Both the position numbers and the translations under genes were made by a program. The notes below the pieces were generated by a model, which was not told the origin of the DNA, made no database searches, and worked only from the letters and a program-made list of their open reading frames with translations. From positions 832,001-896,000 of the forward strand of contig CAWELD010000003.1 in assembly GCA_963809895.1 (NCBI GenBank): a stretch of 64,000 nucleotides of DNA, given 5' to 3'. This DNA is from an uncultured Gemmatimonadales bacterium. GTDB taxonomy: Bacteria; Gemmatimonadota; Gemmatimonadetes; Longimicrobiales; Gaopeijiaceae. Below are positions 1 through 9,363 of this stretch, in pieces (positions within the stretch are counted from its first letter, which is position 1; each line of letters opens with the position of its first letter).

Positions 1-501
1 CGACAGGAGCGCCAGGTCCATGACATCGCGCGACATCAGGGGCATGGCCTCGACGGTGCGCTCGGTGAGGCGGGTGGTGGGCCCCACCACGCTGCGGTCG
101 AAGATGGGCGCCCGCTCGACCTCCACGTCCAGCCCCGCCAGCTCGAGGGCCTCGGGTCGTAGCACCGCGTCCACCACCGTGGTCTCCCCGACCTGGAGCT
201 CGAGTCCCGCCTCCTGGTAGTCGGAGAACCCCAGGCTGCGCACGGTGACCGTATAGGGGCCGCCGGGCTGCAGAAGGAGGATCAGGAATCCCCCCTCGGC
301 GTTCGTGACCGTGCGGCGCTCGGTGCCGGTGGCCTCGTGCCGGACCAGAACCTCGGCACCCGCGACGGGCGTGCTGTCCTGTTGCAGAACCGTCCCGCGC
401 AGGGCGGAGCTCGTGCGGGACTGGGCGCTGGCGAGGGCAGGGCCTCCCATCAGGAGAGCGAGCACCAGTGAGAGCCAGCCGAGGGCGCACCGCAGCCGCA
501 T
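1..501 (-). CDS. TonB-dependent receptor, N-terminal part (signal peptide plus carboxypeptidase-regulatory-like domain); runs off the window edge
   Basis: Manual translation from ATG at 501 with GAGGA upstream: MRLRCALGWLSLVLALLMGGPALASAQ...LRGTV...PVAGAEV...GGPYTVTVRSLGF...PLMSRDVMDLALLS, typical of Oar-like TBDR N-termini. Not in the ORF track. Confidence 0.75.
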   Translation of the reverse strand, partial: MRLRCALGWLSLVLALLMGGPALASAQSRTSSALRGTVLQQDSTPVAGAEVLVRHEATGTERRTVTNAEGGFLILLLQPGGPYTVTVRSLGFSDYQEAGLELQVGETTVVDAVLRPEALELAGLDVEVERAPIFDRSVVGPTTRLTERTVEAMPLMSRDVMDLALLS

Positions 502-692
502 CGTCGCTATCCTCGTAAATCGCATGCGAGAGAGTGGACACTTCGGCCTACGCTGGCCAGCACCGAGTCTTACCCGCAAGTATCACGACGCTCGCTGGGT
601 CGAGGCTCTGGGCCTCGTGCGGAGGCGTGTCACATCAGCCGCATCTCGCTCGTTCTCAGGTGGAGAAGCGCGCTCGCACCCCGGAGGCCTCC

Positions 693-1355
693 ATGACTCG
701 CCCGACTGTCGTCCTGCTCCTCGCCGTCCTGGCCTCCGCTGCATGTGACGACCCCGCGACGCCGGGGTCCATGGCGGCCACCGGTGTGAACTTCACCTAC
801 CTCGGGGGTCCGTCCTACGCTGCCGATGGTGTTCCGGACTTTGAAGGCGGAGACGTCGGCGCCGGGACCTTCGCCATCGCGTTTCCGGACAGTGTCGGTG
901 GGCTCGTCCTATCGAGCTTCCAGAAGGGGGACGGCACTCGCGGTGATCTCTTCATCCTGCAGCTCACGGTCGAGCGCACCGGCGACTTCGGACCGTGCGG
1001 AGTGCGTCGTGATTCCCATGGTGAGGTTGTTGCGCTCGCTGAACGTGTCGGTGGCACCGGCTCCCGCAGCTGGATCGGCGGCGATTGCCACGGGCGCCTG
1101 CTGGAGAACATCGATGCGGAGAACCTGCAGTCGCTGGACGCCGCCTGGGAGATCGCGAGTGGCATCGTTCAGGTCACCGAGGCGGGTCCTGAGCGGGTCG
1201 TCGGGAGCTTCAAGGGGCTGACGCTCGCCGGAGACGACGGCTTCCGCACCATCGACAGCGGCACCTTCGATCTTCCGCTCCTGTCGGCGCAGCAGGGCGT
1301 GGACATCATGCAGTGCTTCCTCACCCGGCTCACCGGGGGGAGCTGCGACGGCTGA
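693..1355 (+). CDS. Hypothetical lipoprotein
   Basis: GGAGG then ATG at 693; MTRPTVVLLLAVLASAAC lipobox-like signal; additional Cys residues in the mature part. Confidence 0.7.
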   Translation: MTRPTVVLLLAVLASAACDDPATPGSMAATGVNFTYLGGPSYAADGVPDFEGGDVGAGTFAIAFPDSVGGLVLSSFQKGDGTRGDLFILQLTVERTGDFGPCGVRRDSHGEVVALAERVGGTGSRSWIGGDCHGRLLENIDAENLQSLDAAWEIASGIVQVTEAGPERVVGSFKGLTLAGDDGFRTIDSGTFDLPLLSAQQGVDIMQCFLTRLTGGSCDG

Positions 1356-1372
1356 AGGGGGCTCCGGCCAGC

Positions 1373-4090
1373 CTATTCCGCCTCCAGCGCCTCCCTCGGC
1401 GACACGGACAGCGAGCGCCGAGCGGGACCCCAGGAGGCGACGGCGGCCGTGATGACGAGGGCCGCGAGCCCGAAGAGATAGGTCAACGGGTCCAGGGGCT
1501 GGACCCCGAAGAGGCGGGCGCGGATGAACTGGGTGAGCCAATACGCTCCCCCGGCGCCCAGGGTGGCGCCCACCAGGGCCAGCGTGATCCCACGCCCCAC
1601 GAACCGCCCCAGGATGGTCCCCGGGGCCGCGCCCAGCGCCACGCGTACCCCGATCTCGTGACGTCGCTGCTCCACGCTGTACGCCAGGACCCCGTGGAGC
1701 TCCACGCCGGCCAGCAGGAGCCCCACCAACGCCAAGCCGAGGGCCAGCCGCGCTACCACGCGCTGCTCGACGATGATGCGGTCGGCCTGGGCCCGGCCGC
1801 TGCGTAGGTCGTACACCGGCAGCTCCGGATCGACCTCCTGCATGGTGCGACGAACCTCCGCCGCGACACGACCCGACGCTCCCGGCGCCCGCACCCAGGC
1901 CGTGAGCGAGAAGTCGAACCCGCCTGCCCAGGGGAGGAAGACCCGGGGTGCATCTCGTCCCAGGGCTCCCCCGAAGTGGGGGTCCTCGATCACGCCCACC
2001 ACCGCCAGTTGGCGACCATCGGCCCTGGCGGAGGCGACCAGGAGGGTGCGGCCGATCGCCGCTTCGGACGACAGATCTCCGAAGGCCGCCGTCACCACCG
2101 AGCGAGACACCACCACGGGCGTTCGGGCCGCCGTGGTGTCCATGTCCTCGTCCAGGAAGAGGCGACCCGCGTCCAGTCGAGCCCCGAGGGCTTCCAGCAG
2201 ACCAGGGCTGACCTCGACCTGACCGGCGAGCACGAGCTCGTCTTCCGGGGCCCCCTCGGCGCGCACGGCGTAGGTATAATACGAATCCGACACCAGCTCC
2301 GGGGCGGCGAATCCCGCGGCCTGCACGCCGGCGATGGCGGTCAGCCGTTGCCGACCCAGCGTGACCAGCTCGGCGACCTCGGCGTCGTCGTAGCCCTGGA
2401 TACGCGGATCGATGGCGAAGCGCAGCGCGCCGTCGGGGTCGAAGCCCAGGTCGAATCCCCTGAGGTTGACGGCGGTGTGCACGACCAGCCCGGTCCCGAC
2501 CAACAGGAGCGTGGACAGGGCCACCTGCGCGATCACCAGCCCCGCTTGCAGGCGATACGTGCTGCGGCGCCCCCCTCTCTTGCCCGGCAGCAGCTCAGCG
2601 AGACCACTGCGGGCCGCGGAGACGGCGGGGACGATGCCGGCCGCGATCCCGGCGCCCAACGCAATGGCCAGGGCCATGCCCGCCACCTGCGAGTTCAAGC
2701 GCACACCCTCCATCGAAGCACCGAGCGACGACAGGCTGGCGTGGCTCAACGCTCGCGTCACCACCGTGGCCACGCCCACACCCGTCAACGCCCCACCCAG
2801 ACCGAGAAGAAGATGCTCGGTGAGCATGCGCCGGGCGAGCCGGACCTTGCCGGCGCCCAGGGCCGCATGCACCGCGAGGCTCTCGGTGCGCGCCACGGCG
2901 TGCGTCAGCGCCAGATGCGCGGTATTGGTCACGGCCAGCAGCAGGAGGATGAGGGCGGCGACGCCCATCAGGAAGAGCGTACGCCGTACAGAGCCCCGGA
3001 TCCGGGGCGAGAGGCCCAGTCCCGGGTAGGCGCGCACGACCCAGCGCGGGCCCCAGAAGGTGCTGGCGCGGTATTGGTCGCGCACCGACTGCATGGCCTG
3101 GTCCGCCTCGCGGGTCACCTGCTCCGGCGATGCGGCCGGGGCCAGATGGGCCACGAGGTGACGCCACACGCCCATGCTCCGCTGGTCCAGCACATCTGCA
3201 GGAAATCCGGGATCCACATCGTGGAAGGCGGTCTGCGGGAGCCAGAGATCGACGCTGCCGGGCAGCTCGGCACCCCGGAAGTCGGGGGGAGCGACGCCCG
3301 TCACCACGTACGCGTGTCCGTTCACCTGAAGGGTCGCGCCCAGCGCCTCGGACGACCCGGTCCACAGCTCCTGCCACAGTCGGTGGCTGATCACCACGGT
3401 GCCGGCGTCTCCATCCGGTCCGGCCGAGCCGTCCGACAGGAGCCGGCCGCGGGTCGCCCGCATGCCCAGGAGCTGGAAGAACCCCGGCGTCACCACCTCG
3501 GCGGACAGGCGAGTGGGGGTGCCGTCGGCGCCCCGTTGGACGTGCACGTCGTGCTCGCTGGCGGCGACGAGCCCCCGGAACGAGGGCACCCGGTCCCGGA
3601 GGTCCCTGAAATCCAGATCCGACATGGGGAAGGCGTAGCCGCCGTCTTGCGTCTCCATCTGGACGGTGGCGAGATCGGTGGCCGTGACGCCGGGCACGTC
3701 CCGCAGCAGGACCCAGTGCGCGGCGGCGTAGACGGCGGAGACTCCCCCGATGCCGAAGCCCAGGGTCGCGACGGTCGCGAGGGTGTAGGAGGGGCGGCGC
3801 AGGAGCGTGCGTGCGCCGTACCGGATGTCGCGGGCCGTCGAGGCGAGTGCCGGTCCGAACGCACCGCCTCCTCGGGCCGCCCGTTCCAGTCCGAAGCGCA
3901 GAGGAAAGAACAGGGTATGCCTCAGGTACCACGCCGATGCGCGCAGCCGGCCGTGCTTCGCCGCCCGGCGGCGGAAGAGCGCGTCCATCTCCACCTGGAG
4001 CAGCTCGCGGTCCCCCCGGGGCAGAAGTCGTCCGAAGATCCAGCGGAGAAGGGCGGGGGGCCGCCGGCGATCGGATCCATGGCGGGACAT
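1373..4090 (-). CDS. ABC transporter permease, duplicated MacB/FtsX type (ADOP-like)
   Basis: 905 aa; DIRYGARTLLRRP start of core, two periplasmic/FtsX halves, C-terminal RRHEIGVRVALGA; directly downstream of padR. Confidence 0.88.
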   Translation of the reverse strand: MSRHGSDRRRPPALLRWIFGRLLPRGDRELLQVEMDALFRRRAAKHGRLRASAWYLRHTLFFPLRFGLERAARGGGAFGPALASTARDIRYGARTLLRRPSYTLATVATLGFGIGGVSAVYAAAHWVLLRDVPGVTATDLATVQMETQDGGYAFPMSDLDFRDLRDRVPSFRGLVAASEHDVHVQRGADGTPTRLSAEVVTPGFFQLLGMRATRGRLLSDGSAGPDGDAGTVVISHRLWQELWTGSSEALGATLQVNGHAYVVTGVAPPDFRGAELPGSVDLWLPQTAFHDVDPGFPADVLDQRSMGVWRHLVAHLAPAASPEQVTREADQAMQSVRDQYRASTFWGPRWVVRAYPGLGLSPRIRGSVRRTLFLMGVAALILLLLAVTNTAHLALTHAVARTESLAVHAALGAGKVRLARRMLTEHLLLGLGGALTGVGVATVVTRALSHASLSSLGASMEGVRLNSQVAGMALAIALGAGIAAGIVPAVSAARSGLAELLPGKRGGRRSTYRLQAGLVIAQVALSTLLLVGTGLVVHTAVNLRGFDLGFDPDGALRFAIDPRIQGYDDAEVAELVTLGRQRLTAIAGVQAAGFAAPELVSDSYYTYAVRAEGAPEDELVLAGQVEVSPGLLEALGARLDAGRLFLDEDMDTTAARTPVVVSRSVVTAAFGDLSSEAAIGRTLLVASARADGRQLAVVGVIEDPHFGGALGRDAPRVFLPWAGGFDFSLTAWVRAPGASGRVAAEVRRTMQEVDPELPVYDLRSGRAQADRIIVEQRVVARLALGLALVGLLLAGVELHGVLAYSVEQRRHEIGVRVALGAAPGTILGRFVGRGITLALVGATLGAGGAYWLTQFIRARLFGVQPLDPLTYLFGLAALVITAAVASWGPARRSLSVSPREALEAE

Positions 4091-4091
4091 C

Positions 4092-4424
4092 TCAGCCCTC
4101 CGCCAGGATGGACTCGTAGCCCTCCCACAGCCGGGTCAGGCGGCTCCGCGATTCCCGCAGCGCCCGCAACCCGCCGGCCGTGATGACGAAGAAGCGTCGC
4201 TCACGCAGCTCGCCCTGGTCGTCGCCGCGGCGCAGCTCGGAGCGCACCAGGCTCTTGGACTCCAGCCGTCGGAGCGCCACGTACACCGCCGCCGGCGCCA
4301 CCTCCCGCCCCGCACGCTCTTCGAGCTCAACCACGATGGACGACGTGAACGCGGCGTCTCCCAGCCTCAAGGTGGCCAGGAGCACATGGTGCTCGAACTC
4401 GCCCTGGATCTCCGTCCCGCTCAT
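4092..4424 (-). CDS. PadR-family transcriptional regulator
   Basis: GEFEHHVLLA...AVYVALRRLESKSLVRS...RRFFVITAGG winged-helix pattern; PadR-permease pairing. Confidence 0.88.
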   Translation of the reverse strand: MSGTEIQGEFEHHVLLATLRLGDAAFTSSIVVELEERAGREVAPAAVYVALRRLESKSLVRSELRRGDDQGELRERRFFVITAGGLRALRESRSRLTRLWEGYESILAEG

Positions 4425-4437
4425 CCCACCCCTCCCT

Positions 4438-4491
4438 CTGACGATGTCAGTGCAGTTGCCTTAACAATGTCAGGGGAAGGCGGGATGTCAA
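4438..4491 (-). promoter_or_regulatory. Putative padR promoter with palindromic operator(s)
   Basis: CTGACGATGTCAG inverted repeat at 4438-4450, imperfect copy CCTTAACAATGTCAGG at 4459-4474, and TTGACA on the minus strand at 4486-4491. Confidence 0.45.
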
Positions 4492-4938
4492 GGGCGGGTG
4501 ACCGGATGGCGACCGGCTCGAAGGCGTCCGGCACCGTGGCGGAGCGGCGCGCCGTTGCCGTGAACCCCGCATTCGAGAGCGCGATGGAGGCGCGCGCTGG
4601 ATCGACAGGAATTGTCGCCGCGCCGGCTGCGGGCGAGAAGGCGGGCGCCGGCGCGCGCAGGTTTCACGGCGATATTCGCCTCCAACCCGACAACGATGGC
4701 GCAGCAGCCCGCGCTTGCAGGGTTTGCGGCACCGCGCGCGCCCCCCCGAAGGCGCTTGCGGGATCGATCGCACGGTGGCCGACCTGGCCAGCGTCCTGGG
4801 CGTGCCGGCGGATCCGCGACCGCTGGACGCGGCCGTGCCCTGAGCCCCGGCGCCACCCGCCGAAACCGGGCCGGGGTCCCACTCGTCGGGTGAGGGAAAT
4901 CCCCTGTAACCCGACCCCCGCATCCCGGGACCCGCTCC

Positions 4939-7413
4939 ATGGAAGGCGTCCTCGCGGACATCCGCTTCGCCCTGAAGCTCCTGCGCAAGGAGAAGTCCTT
5001 CAGCGCGACGGTGCTCACCACCCTGGCGCTCTGCATCGGCGCCAACGTGGCCATCTTCAGCGTGATCCACACGGTCCTGCTGGAACCGCTGCCGTACCGG
5101 GATCCGGGCACCCTGGTGAACATGTACAACAGCTATCCGGGTGCGGGCGTGGAGCGGGCGTCCAGCAGCACCGTGGACTTCTTCATGCGCCGGGAGCGGG
5201 TGCAGGCCCTCCAGGACGTGGCCCTGATGCAGGGCTCAGGCCACACGGTGGGTGAGGCGGGGTCCACGGAGCGCGTCACGACCATGAGGGTCACGCCCTC
5301 GCTCTTTCCGCTCCTGGGGGTGACGGCGGCGCAGGGTCGCACCTTCACCGAGGAGGAGATGGAGGACGGCCACGGCCAGGTCGTGCTGCTCACCGACGGC
5401 TACTGGCGCGAGGCGCTGGGTGGGGCGCCCGACGTGGTGGGCACGGATCTCCGGGTGAACGGAGAGCCCTACCAGATCGTGGGGATCCTTCCTCCCGACT
5501 TCGAGATGGTGACGCGCCCCGACACTCGCTTCTTCCTGCCCGTCACCTTCACGCAGGACGACCGATCCCTCGAGAACTGGCACAGCAACAACTTCCAGAT
5601 GATCGGGCGCCTGCGTGCGGGAGCCACCATCGAACAGGTCCAGGCGCAGGTGGACGCGATGAACGAGTCGCTCATCGACGAGTGGCCCCTGCCCAACGCC
5701 CGCCAACTCCTCACCGACGCGGGCTTCCACACCGTGGTCGTGAACGCGCAGGACGACATCGTGGGCGATGCGCGGGCCACGCTCTACATGCTGTGGGCCG
5801 GCGTGGCCTTTGTCCTCCTCATCGGGTGCGTGAACATCGCCAACCTGATGATGGCCCGCTCCCAGGTCCGTCTCGGCGAGCTCGCCACCAAGCTGGCGCT
5901 GGGAGCCCGGCGGGCGCGGGTGGCCCGTCAGGTCCTCAGCGAGGCGGCCCTGATGTCCGTGCTGGGCGGCGTTCTGGGAGTGGGCGTCGGCGCGCTGGGC
6001 CTGCGCCTGCTGCTCACGATCGGCGCTTCCGACCTCCCACGCGGGAGGGACATCGGCATGGACGGGATCGTGCTGGCCTTCACGGCCGGGCTGGCCCTCG
6101 TGGCCGGGATTCTGTTCGCGGCCATCCCGGTGGCCCACGTCATGCGGAGCGATCTGAGCACCGTGTTCCGCATGGAGGGCCGCACGGGCACGGCCAGTCG
6201 GCGCGCGGTCCTGGTGCGGAACACCCTGGTCACCAGTCAGGTGGCGCTGGCGTTCGTGCTCCTCATCGGCGCCGGCCTCATGCTGCTGAGCTTCCGGGCG
6301 GCGCTCGGCGTCGACCCGGGATTCCAGCCGCGGAACGTGTGGTCCGCCTTCGTGTCCCTGCCGGGTGCGCGCTATCCGGATCCCGCGGCGCGCAGGACGT
6401 TGTGGGACGGGTTGCTGGCCGAGGTGCGGGCCCTGCCCGGCGTCCAGGCGGCGAGCCTCACCAGCCAGCTCCCCTTCACGGACAACAACTCCAGCAGCGT
6501 CATCCTGCCCGAGGGCTACGAGCTGGCTCCGGGCGAGTCCCTGCTGTCGCCCTTCCAGAGCTGGGTGGGCCCCGGCTACTTCGAGGCCATGGGGATTCCC
6601 GTGCTGGAGGGACGCGAGTTCGAGGAGGCCGACGGCCCCGAGGCGGTGCGCGCCATCGTCATCGACCGCTGGCTCGCCCAGCGGTACTGGCCCGATTCCA
6701 GCCCGCTGGGCAAGCGCATGGTGTGGGGCGTGGCGCCGGGGACGGACAGCGTGCCCGATGAAAATGCCTACACCGTGGTGGGCGTGGTCGGCGACATCAA
6801 GCAGAACGATCTCACCGCCGCCGCCGCCCGGCACGTGGGCGCGTACTACTTCACCTATCGACAGCAGCCCATCAGCAACGTGTCGTTGGTCGTGCGCACC
6901 GCAACCGAGCCCGAGAACGTGACGGGGACGGTCCGGAGCACCCTGAACCGGCTCGATCCCGAGCTCCCCCTCTTCGGCGTCGAGAGCCTGCAGGACCGGA
7001 TCGACGAGTCCCTCACCACCCGCCGGGCCCCCATGATGCTCCTGCTGGTCTTCTCCGGCGTGGCGCTCTTCCTGGCCATGGTGGGCATCTACGGCGCGCT
7101 GGCGTATTCGGTCACCCAGCGCACCCGCGAGATGGGAATTCGCATGGCCATGGGCAGCGCCCCGGAGTCCATCTTCCGCATGGTGCTGGCCCAGGGAGCC
7201 CGCGTCACGCTCGCGGGGCTGGCCGTGGGACTGGTGCTGGCCGTGGTCCTGGGGCGCCTCCTCCAGTCCCTCCTGTTCGGCGTGCAGGCCGCCGATCCCC
7301 TGGTGCTGGCGTTGGTGGCCGTGCTCCTGGGTCTCGTGGCCATGCTGGCGTGCCTGGTGCCGGCCCGGCGGGCTACACGGGTCGACCCGGTGGCGGCGCT
7401 CACCTACCAGTAG
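4939..7413 (+). CDS. ABC transporter permease, duplicated MacB/FtsX type (ADOP-like)
   Basis: 824 aa; DIRFALKLLRKEKSF, TLALCIGANVAIFSV, VLLIGCVNIANL, QRTREMGIRMAMG, PARRATRVDPVAAL. Confidence 0.92.
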   Translation: MEGVLADIRFALKLLRKEKSFSATVLTTLALCIGANVAIFSVIHTVLLEPLPYRDPGTLVNMYNSYPGAGVERASSSTVDFFMRRERVQALQDVALMQGSGHTVGEAGSTERVTTMRVTPSLFPLLGVTAAQGRTFTEEEMEDGHGQVVLLTDGYWREALGGAPDVVGTDLRVNGEPYQIVGILPPDFEMVTRPDTRFFLPVTFTQDDRSLENWHSNNFQMIGRLRAGATIEQVQAQVDAMNESLIDEWPLPNARQLLTDAGFHTVVVNAQDDIVGDARATLYMLWAGVAFVLLIGCVNIANLMMARSQVRLGELATKLALGARRARVARQVLSEAALMSVLGGVLGVGVGALGLRLLLTIGASDLPRGRDIGMDGIVLAFTAGLALVAGILFAAIPVAHVMRSDLSTVFRMEGRTGTASRRAVLVRNTLVTSQVALAFVLLIGAGLMLLSFRAALGVDPGFQPRNVWSAFVSLPGARYPDPAARRTLWDGLLAEVRALPGVQAASLTSQLPFTDNNSSSVILPEGYELAPGESLLSPFQSWVGPGYFEAMGIPVLEGREFEEADGPEAVRAIVIDRWLAQRYWPDSSPLGKRMVWGVAPGTDSVPDENAYTVVGVVGDIKQNDLTAAAARHVGAYYFTYRQQPISNVSLVVRTATEPENVTGTVRSTLNRLDPELPLFGVESLQDRIDESLTTRRAPMMLLLVFSGVALFLAMVGIYGALAYSVTQRTREMGIRMAMGSAPESIFRMVLAQGARVTLAGLAVGLVLAVVLGRLLQSLLFGVQAADPLVLALVAVLLGLVAMLACLVPARRATRVDPVAALTYQ

Positions 7414-7437
7414 GCGGGTGGGCGCCGCCACCTCGAG

Positions 7438-8106
7438 TCACTCGGTGGCTTCCTCGGCCTTCACCGTGAGGAGGAGCGTGGAGGTGGCGCCCGGTCGCGG
7501 CGAGCTGCCCAGGATCAGGGTCTGACCGGGGCGCACGTTCACGGTGGTTCGCAGGACATCCCCCCGTCCCGAAAGGAAGAGGGAGACGTTCTCGAGACGC
7601 AGTCGATCGGAGCCGACCCTGTAGACGTTGGCCGAAATCGTCGCGTCGCCGTTTGCACCCTGCACGGTCTGGGTAATCTCGCTGCGGTCCGCCGCGCTCA
7701 CCACCGCCTCGCCCACCAGCCTGTAGCCACCGAACTGGAACACCGAGCGGAGCTGCTCCTCCACCCCGGCGATGCGGGGGTCGTGCTCGGTGAAGCCGTC
7801 GGCCTCGATGAGCTGGAAGCGCAGGCGCAGGTCCGGGACGGGCTTGTCGAACTGCTCCAGCACCCGGGCAATCCGGTCCAGGTTGTCCGGCGTCTCGCGG
7901 ATGGTGATGGCATCGTCGGTGAAGCTCACGGAGCCTCGGGCGTCGGGGCGGTCACCGTAGATGTAGGGGTCCACGAGGCGGGCAGCCTCCGCGCCGGGCA
8001 GGTGCGCCAGCGCGAAGGTGCGGGTGTCGAGCCTGGTGTCGCGGCAGCCTCCGAGGGCCACGAGCGTCGCAGCGGCGACGAAGAGCATCATTCGTGGGGA
8101 TTTCAT
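7438..8106 (-). CDS. Lipoprotein with secretin N-domain-like region
   Basis: MKSPRMMLFVAAATLVALGGC lipobox; TRTFALAHL...AITIRETPDNLDRIARVLEQFDKP resembles Secretin_N; third gene of an ECF/anti-sigma unit. Confidence 0.6.
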   Translation of the reverse strand: MKSPRMMLFVAAATLVALGGCRDTRLDTRTFALAHLPGAEAARLVDPYIYGDRPDARGSVSFTDDAITIRETPDNLDRIARVLEQFDKPVPDLRLRFQLIEADGFTEHDPRIAGVEEQLRSVFQFGGYRLVGEAVVSAADRSEITQTVQGANGDATISANVYRVGSDRLRLENVSLFLSGRGDVLRTTVNVRPGQTLILGSSPRPGATSTLLLTVKAEEATE

Positions 8107-8131
8107 GGCGCGGTCTCTCTCCCTCATGGGG

Positions 8132-8632
8132 TCAGAAGAACCAGAGAATCGTGATGTCGGGATCGGCAGTGGGGAGCACGGCGACCTCGTTGCCGGGCGT
8201 GCTCTCCACAAGGGGCAGATCGGCCTCCAGGCCCGGCGCCGGGCCCAGGTCCGGCACCGGGCCGGCGGATGGCGCGGTGGGGCGGGGGACCGGCCGGAAG
8301 AGCACGGCCGCCAGGACGGCCGCCGCGGCGAGTCCCAGCCAGGGCAGGTGGCGGCGGGTCGAGCGTTTACCCGGCGCGCGCGCTTCGGGCGCTCGCATGC
8401 CGGCGCCGGACGCCCGCTGCGCCTGGGCCAGAATCGCCTCCACGTCGGGCACACCCGCCGGCGTGTCGAGGCGGTGGGCCAGTATCTCGGTCAGCGCGAC
8501 GAACCGCTGGGCCCGCTCGCGACAGCTCGCGCAGGCGGCGAGGTGCCGGGCCAGGGGCGTGTCGCCGTCGCCGCGAAGCTCCGCGGGCGACGCCGTCAAG
8601 AGCAGGTCCTGAAAGGAATTGCATTCGGTCAT
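8132..8632 (-). CDS. Putative zinc-binding anti-sigma factor
   Basis: HLAACASC (HxxxCxxC) motif, single transmembrane segment, overlaps the sigma factor stop. Confidence 0.75.
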   Translation of the reverse strand: MTECNSFQDLLLTASPAELRGDGDTPLARHLAACASCRERAQRFVALTEILAHRLDTPAGVPDVEAILAQAQRASGAGMRAPEARAPGKRSTRRHLPWLGLAAAAVLAAVLFRPVPRPTAPSAGPVPDLGPAPGLEADLPLVESTPGNEVAVLPTADPDITILWFF

Positions 8633-9228
8633 AGCATGTCCGGCACGAGATGGGGCAGGCCGTCCAGCAGTCGTCCTCTCAGCGTGCGGCGGGCCTTGTG
8701 GAGGTGGGCGCGCACCGAGACTGCCTCGATACCCAGGAGCTCGCCCACCTCCCGGGCGTTGTAGCCCTGCAGCTCCACCAGGTCGAAAACCTCGCGCTGC
8801 CGATCCGGTAGCTCCCGGAACAGCGTCTCCAGGGCCGCACCGAGGCGCTCGGCGTCCACGCGGTCGAGGGGCTCCAAGCTTCCGGCCTCGCCGAGAAGCG
8901 CCCGGGCGCCGTGCTCGGTGTCACGGCGGGCCCGGCGGCTGGCGCTGCGGTGGTGGTCACGGGCGACGCTGCGGGTCACGGTATAGAGCCAGGTGGTGAA
9001 GCGGGCCGAGGCCCGGTACGTGTGGAGGGAGCGGAGCATGCGCACCATGACATCCTGCGTGAGGTCGTCGGCCTCGGCCTCGTCGGGTGCCCAGCCCCGT
9101 GCCCAGCGTCTCACCAGGGGGTAGGTGCGCTCCACCAGCGCGCGCAGCCCGGCGGGATCGCCCGCCCGGGCCCGGCGCACCAACGCCGCATCGATGTCGT
9201 GGGCGCCGCCGGTCCGGGGCACGAGCAC
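8629..9228 (-). CDS. ECF RNA polymerase sigma factor
   Basis: ADDLTQDV, FTTWLYTVTR (region 2); LPDRQREVF...EVGELLGIEAVSVRAHLHKAR (region 4). Confidence 0.92.
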   Translation of the reverse strand: MLVPRTGGAHDIDAALVRRARAGDPAGLRALVERTYPLVRRWARGWAPDEAEADDLTQDVMVRMLRSLHTYRASARFTTWLYTVTRSVARDHHRSASRRARRDTEHGARALLGEAGSLEPLDRVDAERLGAALETLFRELPDRQREVFDLVELQGYNAREVGELLGIEAVSVRAHLHKARRTLRGRLLDGLPHLVPDML

Positions 9229-9256
9229 GTCCTTCCTGGTGTGGATTCGCCCCTGA

Positions 9257-9283
9257 GACGATGCGGGGGCGAGGAGCGTTTAC
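9257..9283 (-). promoter_or_regulatory. Candidate ECF autoregulatory promoter
   Basis: Minus strand GTAAAC-17 nt-CGTC immediately upstream of the ECF gene, matching the general ECF AAC/CGT pattern. Confidence 0.45.
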
Positions 9284-9363
9284 CTCCGTTGAGTGGCGCG
9301 CCGCCGCCGGAGAGGCAAGGGCGCGGGTTGTGGGGGTGCGCCCGCACGGGCATCTTCGCCGCC

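Noticed and set aside
4500..4930. Small gene or ncRNA in the gap between padR and the second permease
   Set aside because: Overlapping ORFs lack coding-like composition or RBS; only a short isolated inverted repeat (CGACAGGAATTGTCG) was seen.
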